DNA from: Negativicutes bacterium
GTDB lineage: Bacteria; Bacillota; Negativicutes; UBA1444
NCBI GenBank assembly: GCA_963665275.2
Contig: CAXXIN010000007.1
Location: 192,001-256,000, forward strand
DNA: 64,000 nucleotides
Direction of reading: 5' to 3'
The translations under genes and the position numbers were made by a program. Below are positions 1-10,709 of the stretch, piece after piece (position 1 is the first letter of the stretch; the number at the start of each line of letters is the position of its first letter). The notes beneath the pieces were generated by a model. That model ran no database searches and was not told where the DNA came from. It was given only the letters and a program-made list of their open reading frames with translations.

Positions 1-328
1 CCCGCGGGCCCTTGGTTCCCATCGCGTCCTTGACGATTTCGATCATGATATCGGCCCCTACGGTGAGGTTTTCCTCTTCGACGAGCCGTTGAAATGTTTT
101 GTGCGGAAAAATATCGCCGGCATAAAGAAAAGCGTTTTTGCCGATACCGATATTGATGAAGGCGGCTTGCATCCCCGGGAGGACGTTCTCCACCCGGCCT
201 TTGTAGATGTTTCCCACCATATAGTCGCTCTCCGTCCGTTCGACAGCCACTTCCAGCAGCCTGCCATCGTCAGACAGCGCCATACGGGTTTCCTCGGGAA
301 TCACATTGACGATAATCCTTTTCGCCAT
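1..328 (-). CDS. rng: Rne/Rng family ribonuclease, N-terminal part (runs off window start)
   Basis: Manual translation from ATG 328: MAKRIIVNVIPEETRMAL...VGNIYKGRVENVLPGMQAAFINIG...IVKDAMGTKGPR (S1 domain of RNase E/G); usual position after TIGR03936. Confidence 0.92.
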   Translation of the reverse strand, partial: MAKRIIVNVIPEETRMALSDDGRLLEVAVERTESDYMVGNIYKGRVENVLPGMQAAFINIGIGKNAFLYAGDIFPHKTFQRLVEEENLTVGADIMIEIVKDAMGTKGPR

Positions 329-346
329 GGAGTATCCCCCAATTTT

Positions 347-1039
347 TTAAATCTCAAATGGATCCTGAACTCCTGAACTCTGTTCCGCTTTCAAAGCGGT
401 GCGGAGAAAAGCGGCTTCGCCGGACGGAAACCTGAATTGACCGTTCAATACGCCGAGCACTTCCATAGGTTTCACCGCGCCAGTGGATGTCATCCGAAGC
501 CAAAACTCGAGGACTATGCAATCCCGCCCCTCAGCCATGGCAACTTCGCCAACCAAAAATTTCTTGACATCCATCGTTTTTTCACCCTTGGGAGTGCGGC
601 GGACATACAGGGCGACCTCAGCGGAGGCGAATGCCTCTAGGGCCATCCTTGCTGCAGCGAGGTTGCCCGGAGTCGGCGACACTGCCACTGTTACCTGATA
701 CGAAGCGAGATTCAAGGCCGCTGCCAGGGCTGCGGAAGTAAACACCGCGCGGGCTGCCACGAAGGCAAGCCCTGGCGGCAGCTGCGCCGACAGAGTCCGG
801 CCAAAATCGACTGCATCCATCGGCTCCGTCAACTCCACATCCACATATTCGGCATCACTCGCCACGCCGACACTCAGCGCCGGCCCAAAGGAAAGCTTCA
901 TATGCGGGTTAAAGCCCACACTGTAAGCTACCGGCAGTTTGGCACGGCGCAACGCCCGTTCGATTGCCCGTCCGAAATCAAGATGCCCGACATATTTGGT
1001 CTCGTCGGTTTTGGTCAGGGCCACTCTCATTTTATCCAT
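347..1039 (-). CDS. Radical SAM-associated protein (TIGR03936/DUF2344)
   Basis: KYVGHLD...RALRRAKLPVAYSVGFNPHMKLSFGPALSVG motif; overlaps the stop of the upstream radical SAM gene. Confidence 0.88.
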   Translation of the reverse strand: MDKMRVALTKTDETKYVGHLDFGRAIERALRRAKLPVAYSVGFNPHMKLSFGPALSVGVASDAEYVDVELTEPMDAVDFGRTLSAQLPPGLAFVAARAVFTSAALAAALNLASYQVTVAVSPTPGNLAAARMALEAFASAEVALYVRRTPKGEKTMDVKKFLVGEVAMAEGRDCIVLEFWLRMTSTGAVKPMEVLGVLNGQFRFPSGEAAFLRTALKAEQSSGVQDPFEI

Positions 1040-2825
1040 TGAGATTCGCCCTCCAGTCAATCACAGATACGCCCAGATCCTGACACACGCCGCAGCCGGT
1101 GCACTCTCCATGCCGACAGTCGGTCGTCAGCGCTCCGGCGAGGGCCTGCCGCCATTCCGCAGCCAGCCATTCCTGCGAGGCGCCGCAATGAATATGGCTC
1201 CACGGCAACGCCTCGCCCGGTGTACGCTCCCGCACCGTGTAAAAGTCGGGATCGACGCCTGTTGTCGCAAACGCCTCATCCCAGATCCCTGGCTTGAAGT
1301 GTTCGCTCCATCCGTCGAAACGTGCTCCCCGTCGCCAAGCTTCAGCCAGTGTTTTGCCGAGACGCCGGTCACCCCGGGCAAACACTCCCTCCAATCGGCT
1401 CGTCTGGGCATCATGCCAGTTGAAACTGATGCTGCGGTCACGAAACGCTGCCCGCAGTAGGTTCTGCCGCCGCTCCATCTCGGGAACGGAGAGTTGGGGA
1501 ACCCATTGGAAAGGGGTATGGGGTTTGGGGACAAACGTGGAAACGCTGACTGTGACCTTGCGGTTGCGGACATTGCGCGCCAGCGCCAGCACCTTGCGAG
1601 CCAGGTCGGCGATAGCCAGAACATCCTCGTCAGTTTCCGTAGGCAGGCCGATCATGAAGTACAGCTTGATATTGGACCAGCCGGAGCGGAACGCGGCGCC
1701 GGCGGCTTCGATCAGATCTGCCTCGGTTACGCCCTTGTTGATGACATCCCGCAGCCGCTGGGTTCCGGCCTCCGGCGCGAACGTCAGGCCTGAACGCCGG
1801 ACTTTTTGGATCTCGTTGGCCAATTCGATGGAAAAGCTATCGACGCGGAGAGAGGGCAGGGACAGACTGACGCGCTGCGGAGCAAAACGAGTCATCAAGT
1901 CCTGCGTCAGATTGCGCAGGCAGGAATAGTCGGCCGAACTCAGGGATACCAGTGAAATTTCATCATAGCCGGTATTGTCCGCGAGTTCCTGAGCCAACCG
2001 CAACAGGGTTTCCGGTTTGCGTTCCCGCACCGGGCGGTAAACCACACCAGCCTGACAAAACCGGCAGCCGCGCGAACAGCCGCGGAAGAGTTCCAGCATG
2101 ATCCGGTCGTGCACGGTTTCCAGATAAGGGACGATCGGACGAGTAGGAAACGGTGATGCATCGAGATCTGCAACGATCCGTTTGGTCACTCTCGCCGGAT
2201 CTGCTGCCTCTGTCGGCACATACACCCCATCGAGCTCTGATAGCGCTGACATCAGCGCCTCGCGCCCCCCGGACTTGCCGTTCTGTTTCCAGGCGGCGAG
2301 GGTTGCGGCAATTTCGCCGATGACGTCTTCGCCCTCTCCAATGACGAAGCAGTCAAAAAAATCGGCAAGCGGCTCCGGATTATAGGCGCACGGACCGCCG
2401 CCCACGATAAGAGGGTCGGCCACCGTGCGGGCTGTGCGCTCGAGCGGGATCCCACCCAAATCGAGCATCGTCAGGATATTCGAATAGATCATTTCATACT
2501 GCAGGGAGAACCCGACCGCATCGAATTCCCGCAGCGGCGTCTGCGTCTCCAGGCTGCACAGAGGCGCACCCGCCTCCCGCATGACTGCCTCCATATCGGG
2601 CCAGGGGCAGTAGACGCGTTCGGCATAGGTATCTTCCCGGTCGTTCAGGACCCCGTACAGAATCTTCAACCCCAGGTTGGACATCCCGACTTCATAAACG
2701 TCCGGCAAGGACAGGGCAAAGCGGACAGCCACTTCTGCAGGGTCTTTGCGGATCACGTTCCATTCTCCGCCTGTATAACGGGCCGGTTTGGCCACAGAGT
2801 GCAACAACGAATCATTTGATAGCAA
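1032..2825 (-). CDS. B12-binding radical SAM protein (TIGR03960 family)
   Basis: KPARYTGGE, PDVYEVGMSNLG, CSRGCRFC radical SAM motif, C-terminal Cys cluster. Confidence 0.9.
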   Translation of the reverse strand: MLSNDSLLHSVAKPARYTGGEWNVIRKDPAEVAVRFALSLPDVYEVGMSNLGLKILYGVLNDREDTYAERVYCPWPDMEAVMREAGAPLCSLETQTPLREFDAVGFSLQYEMIYSNILTMLDLGGIPLERTARTVADPLIVGGGPCAYNPEPLADFFDCFVIGEGEDVIGEIAATLAAWKQNGKSGGREALMSALSELDGVYVPTEAADPARVTKRIVADLDASPFPTRPIVPYLETVHDRIMLELFRGCSRGCRFCQAGVVYRPVRERKPETLLRLAQELADNTGYDEISLVSLSSADYSCLRNLTQDLMTRFAPQRVSLSLPSLRVDSFSIELANEIQKVRRSGLTFAPEAGTQRLRDVINKGVTEADLIEAAGAAFRSGWSNIKLYFMIGLPTETDEDVLAIADLARKVLALARNVRNRKVTVSVSTFVPKPHTPFQWVPQLSVPEMERRQNLLRAAFRDRSISFNWHDAQTSRLEGVFARGDRRLGKTLAEAWRRGARFDGWSEHFKPGIWDEAFATTGVDPDFYTVRERTPGEALPWSHIHCGASQEWLAAEWRQALAGALTTDCRHGECTGCGVCQDLGVSVIDWRANLNG

Positions 2826-2843
2826 TAAAACAATCCTCCGTTT

Positions 2844-3950
2844 TTAGAACATCAACTTTTGTTGGCGCGCCTGAATGTTGAGCAGAATACCGATACTCAC
2901 CAGATTAGTAGTCAGGGAGCTGACTCCGTAGCTCAAAAAAGGCAGGGGAATTCCTGTAACAGGCATGATACCGATCGTCATCCCCACATTGACCAGAACA
3001 TGAAACGCCATCATCGAAGTAATCCCGGCCGCCAGCAGACGCCCGAATTTATCTCTGGCGTTCTGCGCCGTTTTTACCCCGCGGTACAGCAGCAGCATAT
3101 ACAACAGGAGAATCGCCACCGATCCGACAAATCCGAGCTCTTCCCCCACCACCGCGAAAATAAAGTCCGTGTGGTTCTCCGGTAAAAAATTCAGCTGACT
3201 TTGCGTGCCGTTGAACAAGCCTTTGCCGAATAGCTGTCCAGAGCCGATGGCGATCTTGGATTGGATGATATGGTATCCGGCGCCGAGTGGATCAACATTG
3301 GGATCCAAAAAAACCGTCAGGCGGGATTTTTGATAGTCCTTCAAGAAAAACCAGAACACAGGCAGGCAAGCGGCGCCGGCGCCCAGGATTTTCAGCAGCA
3401 GTTTGCCGTCGATGCCGGCCACGAAAACCATCCCCAGCAAGATGGCCAAAAACACGAGAGAGGTGCCGAGGTCCGGCTGTTTCAAAACCAACAGAAACGG
3501 CACAACGACAAAGGCGGCTACCGGCAGCAAATCCCTGACGCTTTGCATCCGGTCTTCTTTGGTATCCAACAGATGCGCCAGCGAAATGATCATGATGAGT
3601 TTGGCGAATTCGGACGGTTGGAGGCTGATCGGCCCCAGTTGTATCCAACGCTGGGCGCCGAGAGCAGAGTGGCCGACGAACATCACCGCAATCAGCATCA
3701 GCAGATTGATGCCGTACAATACGTTCCCCAGCGGTCCCAGCACGCGATAGTCGAACTTCAGCATCACCAGGATGACAATGAAGTTCATCACCGCAAACAT
3801 GCCTTGCCGCTGGACAAACCAATATCGGTCATCACTGGGCGAGTTGATGTGGGTCGCGCTGCCGATGATCAGAATGCCGATCCCCACCAGCGAAATCGTG
3901 GCGAAAATCATCCAGAAATCAATATTACGAAAAAACCGACGGTCCATCAT
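2844..3950 (-). CDS. rodA: Rod shape-determining SEDS protein RodA
   Basis: GAQRWI, QPSEFAK, QPDLGT, HTDFIFAVVGEELG, PFLSYG; downstream of mrdA. Confidence 0.95.
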   Translation of the reverse strand: MMDRRFFRNIDFWMIFATISLVGIGILIIGSATHINSPSDDRYWFVQRQGMFAVMNFIVILVMLKFDYRVLGPLGNVLYGINLLMLIAVMFVGHSALGAQRWIQLGPISLQPSEFAKLIMIISLAHLLDTKEDRMQSVRDLLPVAAFVVVPFLLVLKQPDLGTSLVFLAILLGMVFVAGIDGKLLLKILGAGAACLPVFWFFLKDYQKSRLTVFLDPNVDPLGAGYHIIQSKIAIGSGQLFGKGLFNGTQSQLNFLPENHTDFIFAVVGEELGFVGSVAILLLYMLLLYRGVKTAQNARDKFGRLLAAGITSMMAFHVLVNVGMTIGIMPVTGIPLPFLSYGVSSLTTNLVSIGILLNIQARQQKLMF

Positions 3951-3952
3951 AT

Positions 3953-4699
3953 TTACAAAAAATCCTTTCCTGGCAGTCGGCGAGCCATGGCCGCGAGCAT
4001 CCTGGCTGCGGGTGAATCCGGCTGGCGGATGACTACGGGCACACCGCAGGCAGTAGCGGCTCCCACCGCTTCATCCTCAGGCACAGTTCCCAGTAGCGGC
4101 AATCCCAGCGAACAGGAAATATCCTGGGCGCTGGGGATAATCTGCTTCTGGAGAAACTCGCTTCGAAACCGATTGACCACCAGATAAGTTTCTGAAACTC
4201 CGGCTGCTGAAAATTCAGCGGCCATCCGGTCAGCATCACGCACCGACGCCGGATCTGTAGTTGTCACGACCAGACCGCGTCCAGCGGCCATGGCGGCACG
4301 AACTGGAATAGGCTCCAAGCCTGGCGGACAATCCAAAATAACCATGTCATATTCTTGGGACAGGTTCTTGCATAGAGAGCACAGGCGTTCTCCATCGAAA
4401 TCCGCCGTTGTGCGGTTCTGGGCCGCCGGCATCAAAAAGAGGTTCGGTATCGTTGAATGCGGCAAAATCGCATTAGCTGAACGGCATGCACCTTCCAGCA
4501 CATCCAGCACATCAAACAAAACCCGGTCATCAAGCCCCAGAAGCAGGTCAAGGCAACGCATACCGACATTCAGGTCTATCAACAGCACCCGATGCCCCTG
4601 TGCAGCCATTGCGGCTCCCAGATTGACAACCATCGTGCTTTTTCCTGTTCCGCCTTTGCCGGAACCCACCACCCAGACTTTTTCCATCACGATCCTCAT
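3953..4699 (-). CDS. minD: MinD-family ATPase (divergent, C-terminally shortened)
   Basis: Deviant Walker A SGKGGTGKST, GMRCLDLLLG, DCPPG, SVRDADR; lies between mrdA and rodA. Confidence 0.8.
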   Translation of the reverse strand: MRIVMEKVWVVGSGKGGTGKSTMVVNLGAAMAAQGHRVLLIDLNVGMRCLDLLLGLDDRVLFDVLDVLEGACRSANAILPHSTIPNLFLMPAAQNRTTADFDGERLCSLCKNLSQEYDMVILDCPPGLEPIPVRAAMAAGRGLVVTTTDPASVRDADRMAAEFSAAGVSETYLVVNRFRSEFLQKQIIPSAQDISCSLGLPLLGTVPEDEAVGAATACGVPVVIRQPDSPAARMLAAMARRLPGKDFL

Positions 4700-6534
4700 A
4701 GCGCCGTCCCCGGCGTCAACCTGCGAGTAGCTTCGACTGCCGCCGGCTTCAGGTTGAATGCCGTCTCGAGTATCTTGCGGGCAATCGGGCCGGCTGAAGT
4801 AGAACCATAACCGCCCTGTTCAATGATTACCGCCACTGTGATACGGGGATCGTCAAAAGGCCCGTACGCCACAAACCAGCCATGGTCATCCCCGTGCGGA
4901 TTTTCCGCCGTGCCGGTTTTGCCGGCTACCGGCACCGGAAAATTCGCGAATACTCCGGCTCCGGTCCCGCCGGCTTCCGACACGCCGCGAAGTCCATCGC
5001 GCACCAGTTTCAGAGTTTCAGGGCTGATGTCGATATGCCCGGTCTCCTCTATTGGAGCCTGCTTGAGCAATTCACCCTTCGAGGATAAAATTTTTCCCAC
5101 CACATGGGGCCGCCAGCGATGTCCCCCGTTGGCAACCTCACTCATCAGGACCGCCATCTGCAGCGGCGTCGCCAGCTGGAATCCCTGACCGATAGCGGCG
5201 TCGAACGTTTCCGCCAGATACCAGTCTTCCTTATAATTCAGTTCTTTATATTTGCGGTTGGCGACCAGCCCATCGGACTCGCCAGGCAGATCGATCCCCG
5301 TATAGGAACCGAGTCCGAACATTCTCGCATATTTTTCCAGCGCGTCGATGCCCAGCCGGTTTCCCATTTCGTAAAAATAAACATTGTCGGACATCGACAG
5401 CGCCTGATGAAAATTGATCCAACCCAGCGCTTCACCGGCTGCGTTGCCTTTGGGAACAAGCCAGTGCTGTCCAGAGTCAAAAATCTGTTCGTTAGCCGTC
5501 ACCTTTTTGAGTTCAAGGGCGGCGGAACCTGTCACGATTTTGAACGTCGATCCCGGTGGATACTCGCCGGCAATCGCGCGGTTATCCATCGGATGAAAAG
5601 GGTTATCGTTGATCGCCTTCCAGTTTTTGGTCGAGATGCCGCCAATAAACTGGTTGGGATCAAAAGCCGGACGGCTGACCATCGCCAACACTTCGCCATT
5701 CTTGGGGTTAAGCACTACCACAGCTCCGGCCTTAGCATTGCGTCTTCCACCCTGTTGCTGCAGAAACTTCAGTTGCTCATCGAGCGCTTCTTCAGCCGCT
5801 TTCTGCAGGCGATAATCTATCGTCAAGACGATATTGTTGCCTGGAATCGGCTCTTTCTTGGACAGGACCTGGACCATGCGTCCTGCGACATCGACTTCGA
5901 TGAGACTGCCGCCGTCGATTCCCTTGATGAAAGGGTCATACTTGTTTTCCAGCCCGGACTGGCCAATCAGATCGCCTGCCCGATACCCTTTGTCGCCCAT
6001 GGTCGCCAGCTCCGGTTCCGAGATCTCACTGACATACCCAAACACATGCACCCCCATCTGATTGTGCACATAGTTGCGGACAGGCAAAATTTCCACCACC
6101 ACGCCAGGCAGTTCGGACCGGCGTTCTTCAATCGCCGCCACGATGTTCTGCCCCACGTCGATCTTCAGCCTCACCGGTTCAAAACCGGTTTTACTCTTGC
6201 TCAATTTATCGATGATTTCCTGGGGATCCAGACCCAGGATCGCGGCCGTCTGGGTGATCACCGCCGGGGAAACCGGTTTGTTTCCCGGCACAATCGATAC
6301 AACGAAACCGGGACGGCTGGTGACCATCACCACTCCGTTCCGATCAAAAAAATCGCCTCGCGGCGCAACCACATTAACTTGCCGTGTGCGGTTCCCTTCC
6401 GCCAGTCTCTGATATTCAGGACCCCGCACCACCTGCAGATATGCCAGGCGGCTGACCAGCGCCACAAAAATCAGCACCAATACCACGGCCAAGATGTCCA
6501 GCCGCTGGCCGGCAGTCTTCAACCGCATGTGCAA
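4696..6534 (-). CDS. mrdA: Penicillin-binding protein 2
   Basis: N-terminal TM, APRGDFFDRNG, STFK, SDN and KTG transpeptidase motifs. Confidence 0.95.
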   Translation of the reverse strand: MHMRLKTAGQRLDILAVVLVLIFVALVSRLAYLQVVRGPEYQRLAEGNRTRQVNVVAPRGDFFDRNGVVMVTSRPGFVVSIVPGNKPVSPAVITQTAAILGLDPQEIIDKLSKSKTGFEPVRLKIDVGQNIVAAIEERRSELPGVVVEILPVRNYVHNQMGVHVFGYVSEISEPELATMGDKGYRAGDLIGQSGLENKYDPFIKGIDGGSLIEVDVAGRMVQVLSKKEPIPGNNIVLTIDYRLQKAAEEALDEQLKFLQQQGGRRNAKAGAVVVLNPKNGEVLAMVSRPAFDPNQFIGGISTKNWKAINDNPFHPMDNRAIAGEYPPGSTFKIVTGSAALELKKVTANEQIFDSGQHWLVPKGNAAGEALGWINFHQALSMSDNVYFYEMGNRLGIDALEKYARMFGLGSYTGIDLPGESDGLVANRKYKELNYKEDWYLAETFDAAIGQGFQLATPLQMAVLMSEVANGGHRWRPHVVGKILSSKGELLKQAPIEETGHIDISPETLKLVRDGLRGVSEAGGTGAGVFANFPVPVAGKTGTAENPHGDDHGWFVAYGPFDDPRITVAVIIEQGGYGSTSAGPIARKILETAFNLKPAAVEATRRLTPGTAL

Positions 6535-7029
6535 TCAGCCCCCCAAATTCGATGCATAACGGCGCTTCAGCCACAATAGTGCGGCATGGACAGGCGCCGC
6601 CAGTAAAATATGATACGCAGTCGTGGGAATCATCTGCAGCAACAGAGCCGGAACAGCTCCGGCAAAGCCATACGCCACCAGAAAAATCGCTGCCACAGCA
6701 GTGGAGCCTATGGTACCGGCAATTACCGCCACCATGGGCAGCAGTAGATTGCCTTGGTTAACCTTGCGTTCATAAAAACCGAAAACGAGTCCCAGCAGCA
6801 TCTTGGATAGCGTATTGAGTCCAAAGGGACCCGCCGACAAGAGATCCTGCAAAATCCCGCCGAACGCACCGCACAGCACCCCAGTTTCCCTGCCGCCGGT
6901 CAAGGCCGCCGAAATCACGACCACCAACACAAAATCCGGCCGAATCCCACCGATGGACAGCACGGGAATCACCGTCGACTGAAAGGATACCGATACCAGC
7001 ATGACAACAAACCAGATCAGCGTTCTCAT
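6535..7029 (-). CDS. mreD: Rod shape-determining protein MreD
   Basis: Hydrophobic, IRPDFVL and GILQDLL motifs; follows mreC. Confidence 0.9.
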   Translation of the reverse strand: MRTLIWFVVMLVSVSFQSTVIPVLSIGGIRPDFVLVVVISAALTGGRETGVLCGAFGGILQDLLSAGPFGLNTLSKMLLGLVFGFYERKVNQGNLLLPMVAVIAGTIGSTAVAAIFLVAYGFAGAVPALLLQMIPTTAYHILLAAPVHAALLWLKRRYASNLGG

Positions 7030-7865
7030 GGGCGGGCCGGAGCCCTTTCACCGACGATGACGAACACTTCTTCCAGTCGTGAAAAATCCAGCGCAGGCCG
7101 GATCAGAGCCGTTTTGAGCAAGCCGCCATCATCATCGACGACATCCGTCACTTCACCGATCAACAAGCCTTTGGGATAAATCCCTCCAAGTCCGGAAGTC
7201 ATGATCTTATCCCCTTTGATCACATCGCCGTCGCGCATGAGGTTTTTCATCCGCAAAACCGAAACCTGGGCAGGATTGCCCTCCACGATCCCCACTGCCC
7301 GCGACTGCGGCCGCTGAACCATCGAGGCAGCCGAAGAACCGGTGTCGACAAGCAGACGAACTTTGGCGGTACCGGCGAAAGTCTCCATCACATGACCAAC
7401 CAGACCCTGATGGGTCACTACAGGCATATTGACCTTCAGACCGTCGTTGGCCCCCTGATTGATCAATATACTGTAGTTCAATATGCCGGGATCCCTGCCG
7501 ATCACCGTCGCCGCTTTCATCTGGAACGCAACCGACTTGGTGCGAAACTCAAGCATAGCCTGCAACCGCTCGTTTTCGGCGGCTTTTTCCGTCAGCTGGA
7601 ATACCACATGCCTCAATTCTTGATTTTCCGCACGCAACGTCTGATTCTCGCGATACACGGTCGCTACATCCCGGGTGAAAACCGTTCCCTGCTGGATGCC
7701 ACCGGCAACGCCGGAAAAAACGTAGTCGAACGGCGCCATGACGGTGGCCGCTATACCGGCCATCAAGGGATAACGGTTTTGCAGACGGGCCGCGGACACA
7801 ACCAGCAAAAAGACGGTGACAAAGGCCACGCAAAGCACCACCGTCTTCTTGTCAAACCATCTCAC
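7026..7865 (-). CDS. mreC: Rod shape-determining protein MreC
   Basis: TM, coiled coil (ENERLQAML), TSGLGGIYPKG. Confidence 0.93.
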   Translation of the reverse strand: MRWFDKKTVVLCVAFVTVFLLVVSAARLQNRYPLMAGIAATVMAPFDYVFSGVAGGIQQGTVFTRDVATVYRENQTLRAENQELRHVVFQLTEKAAENERLQAMLEFRTKSVAFQMKAATVIGRDPGILNYSILINQGANDGLKVNMPVVTHQGLVGHVMETFAGTAKVRLLVDTGSSAASMVQRPQSRAVGIVEGNPAQVSVLRMKNLMRDGDVIKGDKIMTSGLGGIYPKGLLIGEVTDVVDDDGGLLKTALIRPALDFSRLEEVFVIVGERAPARP

Positions 7866-7883
7866 AACCTCGGTTCCCCTTCA

Positions 7884-8918
<1,035 letters not shown>

Positions 8919-8927
8919 TCAATCCTC

Positions 8928-9641
8928 CTACAGAATTCCCTTTTCTTTGAAACTGATATATTTTCCATCACCCAAAATAACGTGGTCCAATACCGGGATA
9001 TCCAGCAACTTTCCTGCTTCGACCAGTTTCCGGGTCAATTCGATATCTTCAGGGCTCGGCGCCGGATCTCCACTGGGATGATTGTGCGCCAAAATAACGG
9101 AGGCCGCGCTGGCGTTAATCGCTTCCCGGAACAATTCCCGGGGATGCACGATGGAGGCATTCAAACTGCCGACCGAGATAACGGGGGTTTTCAGCACGTG
9201 GTTCTTGGTGGACAGCAACACCGCGAGGAAAGATTCCTTGGTCTCGAAACGGAACCTGGGCATCAGCAAGGCAGCTACATCACCAGGAGCCCTGATCACG
9301 GGCCGTTCCACCGTTGCCAGCGAGGTCACCCGACGCCCGAGTTCAACCGCGGCCAATATCGCGATAGCCTTCGCCTCACCGATCCCCTTGACCTGCTCGA
9401 TTTCTTCCATGGTCACGTTACCGAACCCAGCTAGTCCGCCTTGCCGCTCCAGCAGATTTTCCGCCAGTCGCAATGCCGATTCGGCGGGGTTGCCGGTACG
9501 CAGCAAAATAGCGATCAGTTCGGAGTTCGCCATGGCAGCGGCGCCCCGATCCTTCATTTTTTCGCGCGGCCGCTCGTCTGCCGGAAGTTCTTTGATCATC
9601 AGCGGATGCGACGATCTCTCCACCAGCGCCCGAGCCGTCAC
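8928..9641 (-). CDS. radC: RadC family JAB-domain protein
   Basis: ERPREK, VHPRE, HNHPSGD, LDH. Confidence 0.95.
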   Translation of the reverse strand: MTARALVERSSHPLMIKELPADERPREKMKDRGAAAMANSELIAILLRTGNPAESALRLAENLLERQGGLAGFGNVTMEEIEQVKGIGEAKAIAILAAVELGRRVTSLATVERPVIRAPGDVAALLMPRFRFETKESFLAVLLSTKNHVLKTPVISVGSLNASIVHPRELFREAINASAASVILAHNHPSGDPAPSPEDIELTRKLVEAGKLLDIPVLDHVILGDGKYISFKEKGIL

Positions 9642-10213
9642 AATAAGTCCACGCCGACTTCAGACAGTAGTCGCGCCAAGGCATTGAGAGGCAATCCCAC
9701 AACATTGAAATAACAACCGTCTATCTTCTCCACGAACACCGCGCCAATTCCCTGCACGGCATAAGCGCCAGCCTTGTCCAGCGGTTCCCCTGTCGCCACA
9801 TAGCGCTCGATCTGAGCCTCGCTGAAAAGCCCCAGCGTCACCCGGGTTTCCACTGCCGCACAGAGACAGCGCCCTTCTGTGACGATGGCGATCCCCGACC
9901 ATACGCTGTGAGTCCGTCCGGATAGTTCCCGCAGCATTCGGCAGGCTTGTGCGGCGCTGCCTGGTTTGCCAAAAACTTTCCCGTCCAGCACGACCAATGT
10001 GTCAGCACCGATAACGACGTCGGCGGGAGCAACCTGTCGGGCCACGTCCCAGGCCTTGGCCCGCGCGTGCGTCTGAACAAGTTCATCTGGCGGCAACGCA
10101 GCTGAATTGTCTTCTTCCGCCAGGCTCGGCAGAACCTGAAATTCATATCCTACCTGCCGCAACAATTGTTCACGTCGCGGCGAGGCCGATGCCAGAATGA
10201 TTCCCGTAACCAA
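9638..10213 (-). CDS. maf: Maf family nucleoside triphosphate pyrophosphatase
   Basis: ILASASPRR, IGADT, DKAGAY, NVVGLP. Confidence 0.95.
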   Translation of the reverse strand: MVTGIILASASPRREQLLRQVGYEFQVLPSLAEEDNSAALPPDELVQTHARAKAWDVARQVAPADVVIGADTLVVLDGKVFGKPGSAAQACRMLRELSGRTHSVWSGIAIVTEGRCLCAAVETRVTLGLFSEAQIERYVATGEPLDKAGAYAVQGIGAVFVEKIDGCYFNVVGLPLNALARLLSEVGVDLL

Positions 10214-10219
10214 AACCTC

Positions 10220-10492
10220 CTAGAAGCGCTGGAACAGAATCATGGCGATCACTACGCCAATGACACTGATGAGATTAGGCTGCAGCGTGAAGCCGAATTT
10301 AATCTGCACGATAAACAGGTTAATACTGGCCGGCGCCATATCAAAGATGGCGTATTTTTTCGTCAAGTAAGGCGCCAAACCTGAAAGCGCAGGAGTGGCG
10401 GCAATCACTTCACCCAGTAGCCCGCCGATAATCGCCCCCGCCAAAAAGTAAAGCAACCAGACAAAAAAGCTCTTCGTTTTGCCTCCCCGCAA
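10220..10492 (-). CDS. Small membrane protein, DUF4321-like
   Basis: 90 aa hydrophobic ORF (GAIIGGLLGE...) in the usual position upstream of maf-radC. Confidence 0.75.
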   Translation of the reverse strand: MRGGKTKSFFVWLLYFLAGAIIGGLLGEVIAATPALSGLAPYLTKKYAIFDMAPASINLFIVQIKFGFTLQPNLISVIGVVIAMILFQRF

Positions 10493-10634
10493 CCTGTTTC
10501 CCCTCCTACTGTTTCCACCGCATCAATTTTTATATCATATTAACAGTACATTATTCGCTGCGCAACAGAAAAAGTCCTTGCCGCCACAAGGACCTGCTTT
10601 GTTATATTTTACACTATCGCTGGTATAAACAGCA

Positions 10635-10670
10635 AGGAAAAGGCCGGGAGATCTCTCCCGGCCTTTTCCT
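10635..10670 (-). terminator. Intrinsic terminator after transporter 1
   Basis: AGGAAAAGGCCGGGAGA-TC-TCTCCCGGCCTTTTCCT inverted repeat. Confidence 0.8.
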
Positions 10671-10709
10671 ATATGGATTCATGGAAAGCTGCGCAACGGA
10701 CTACTGAAA

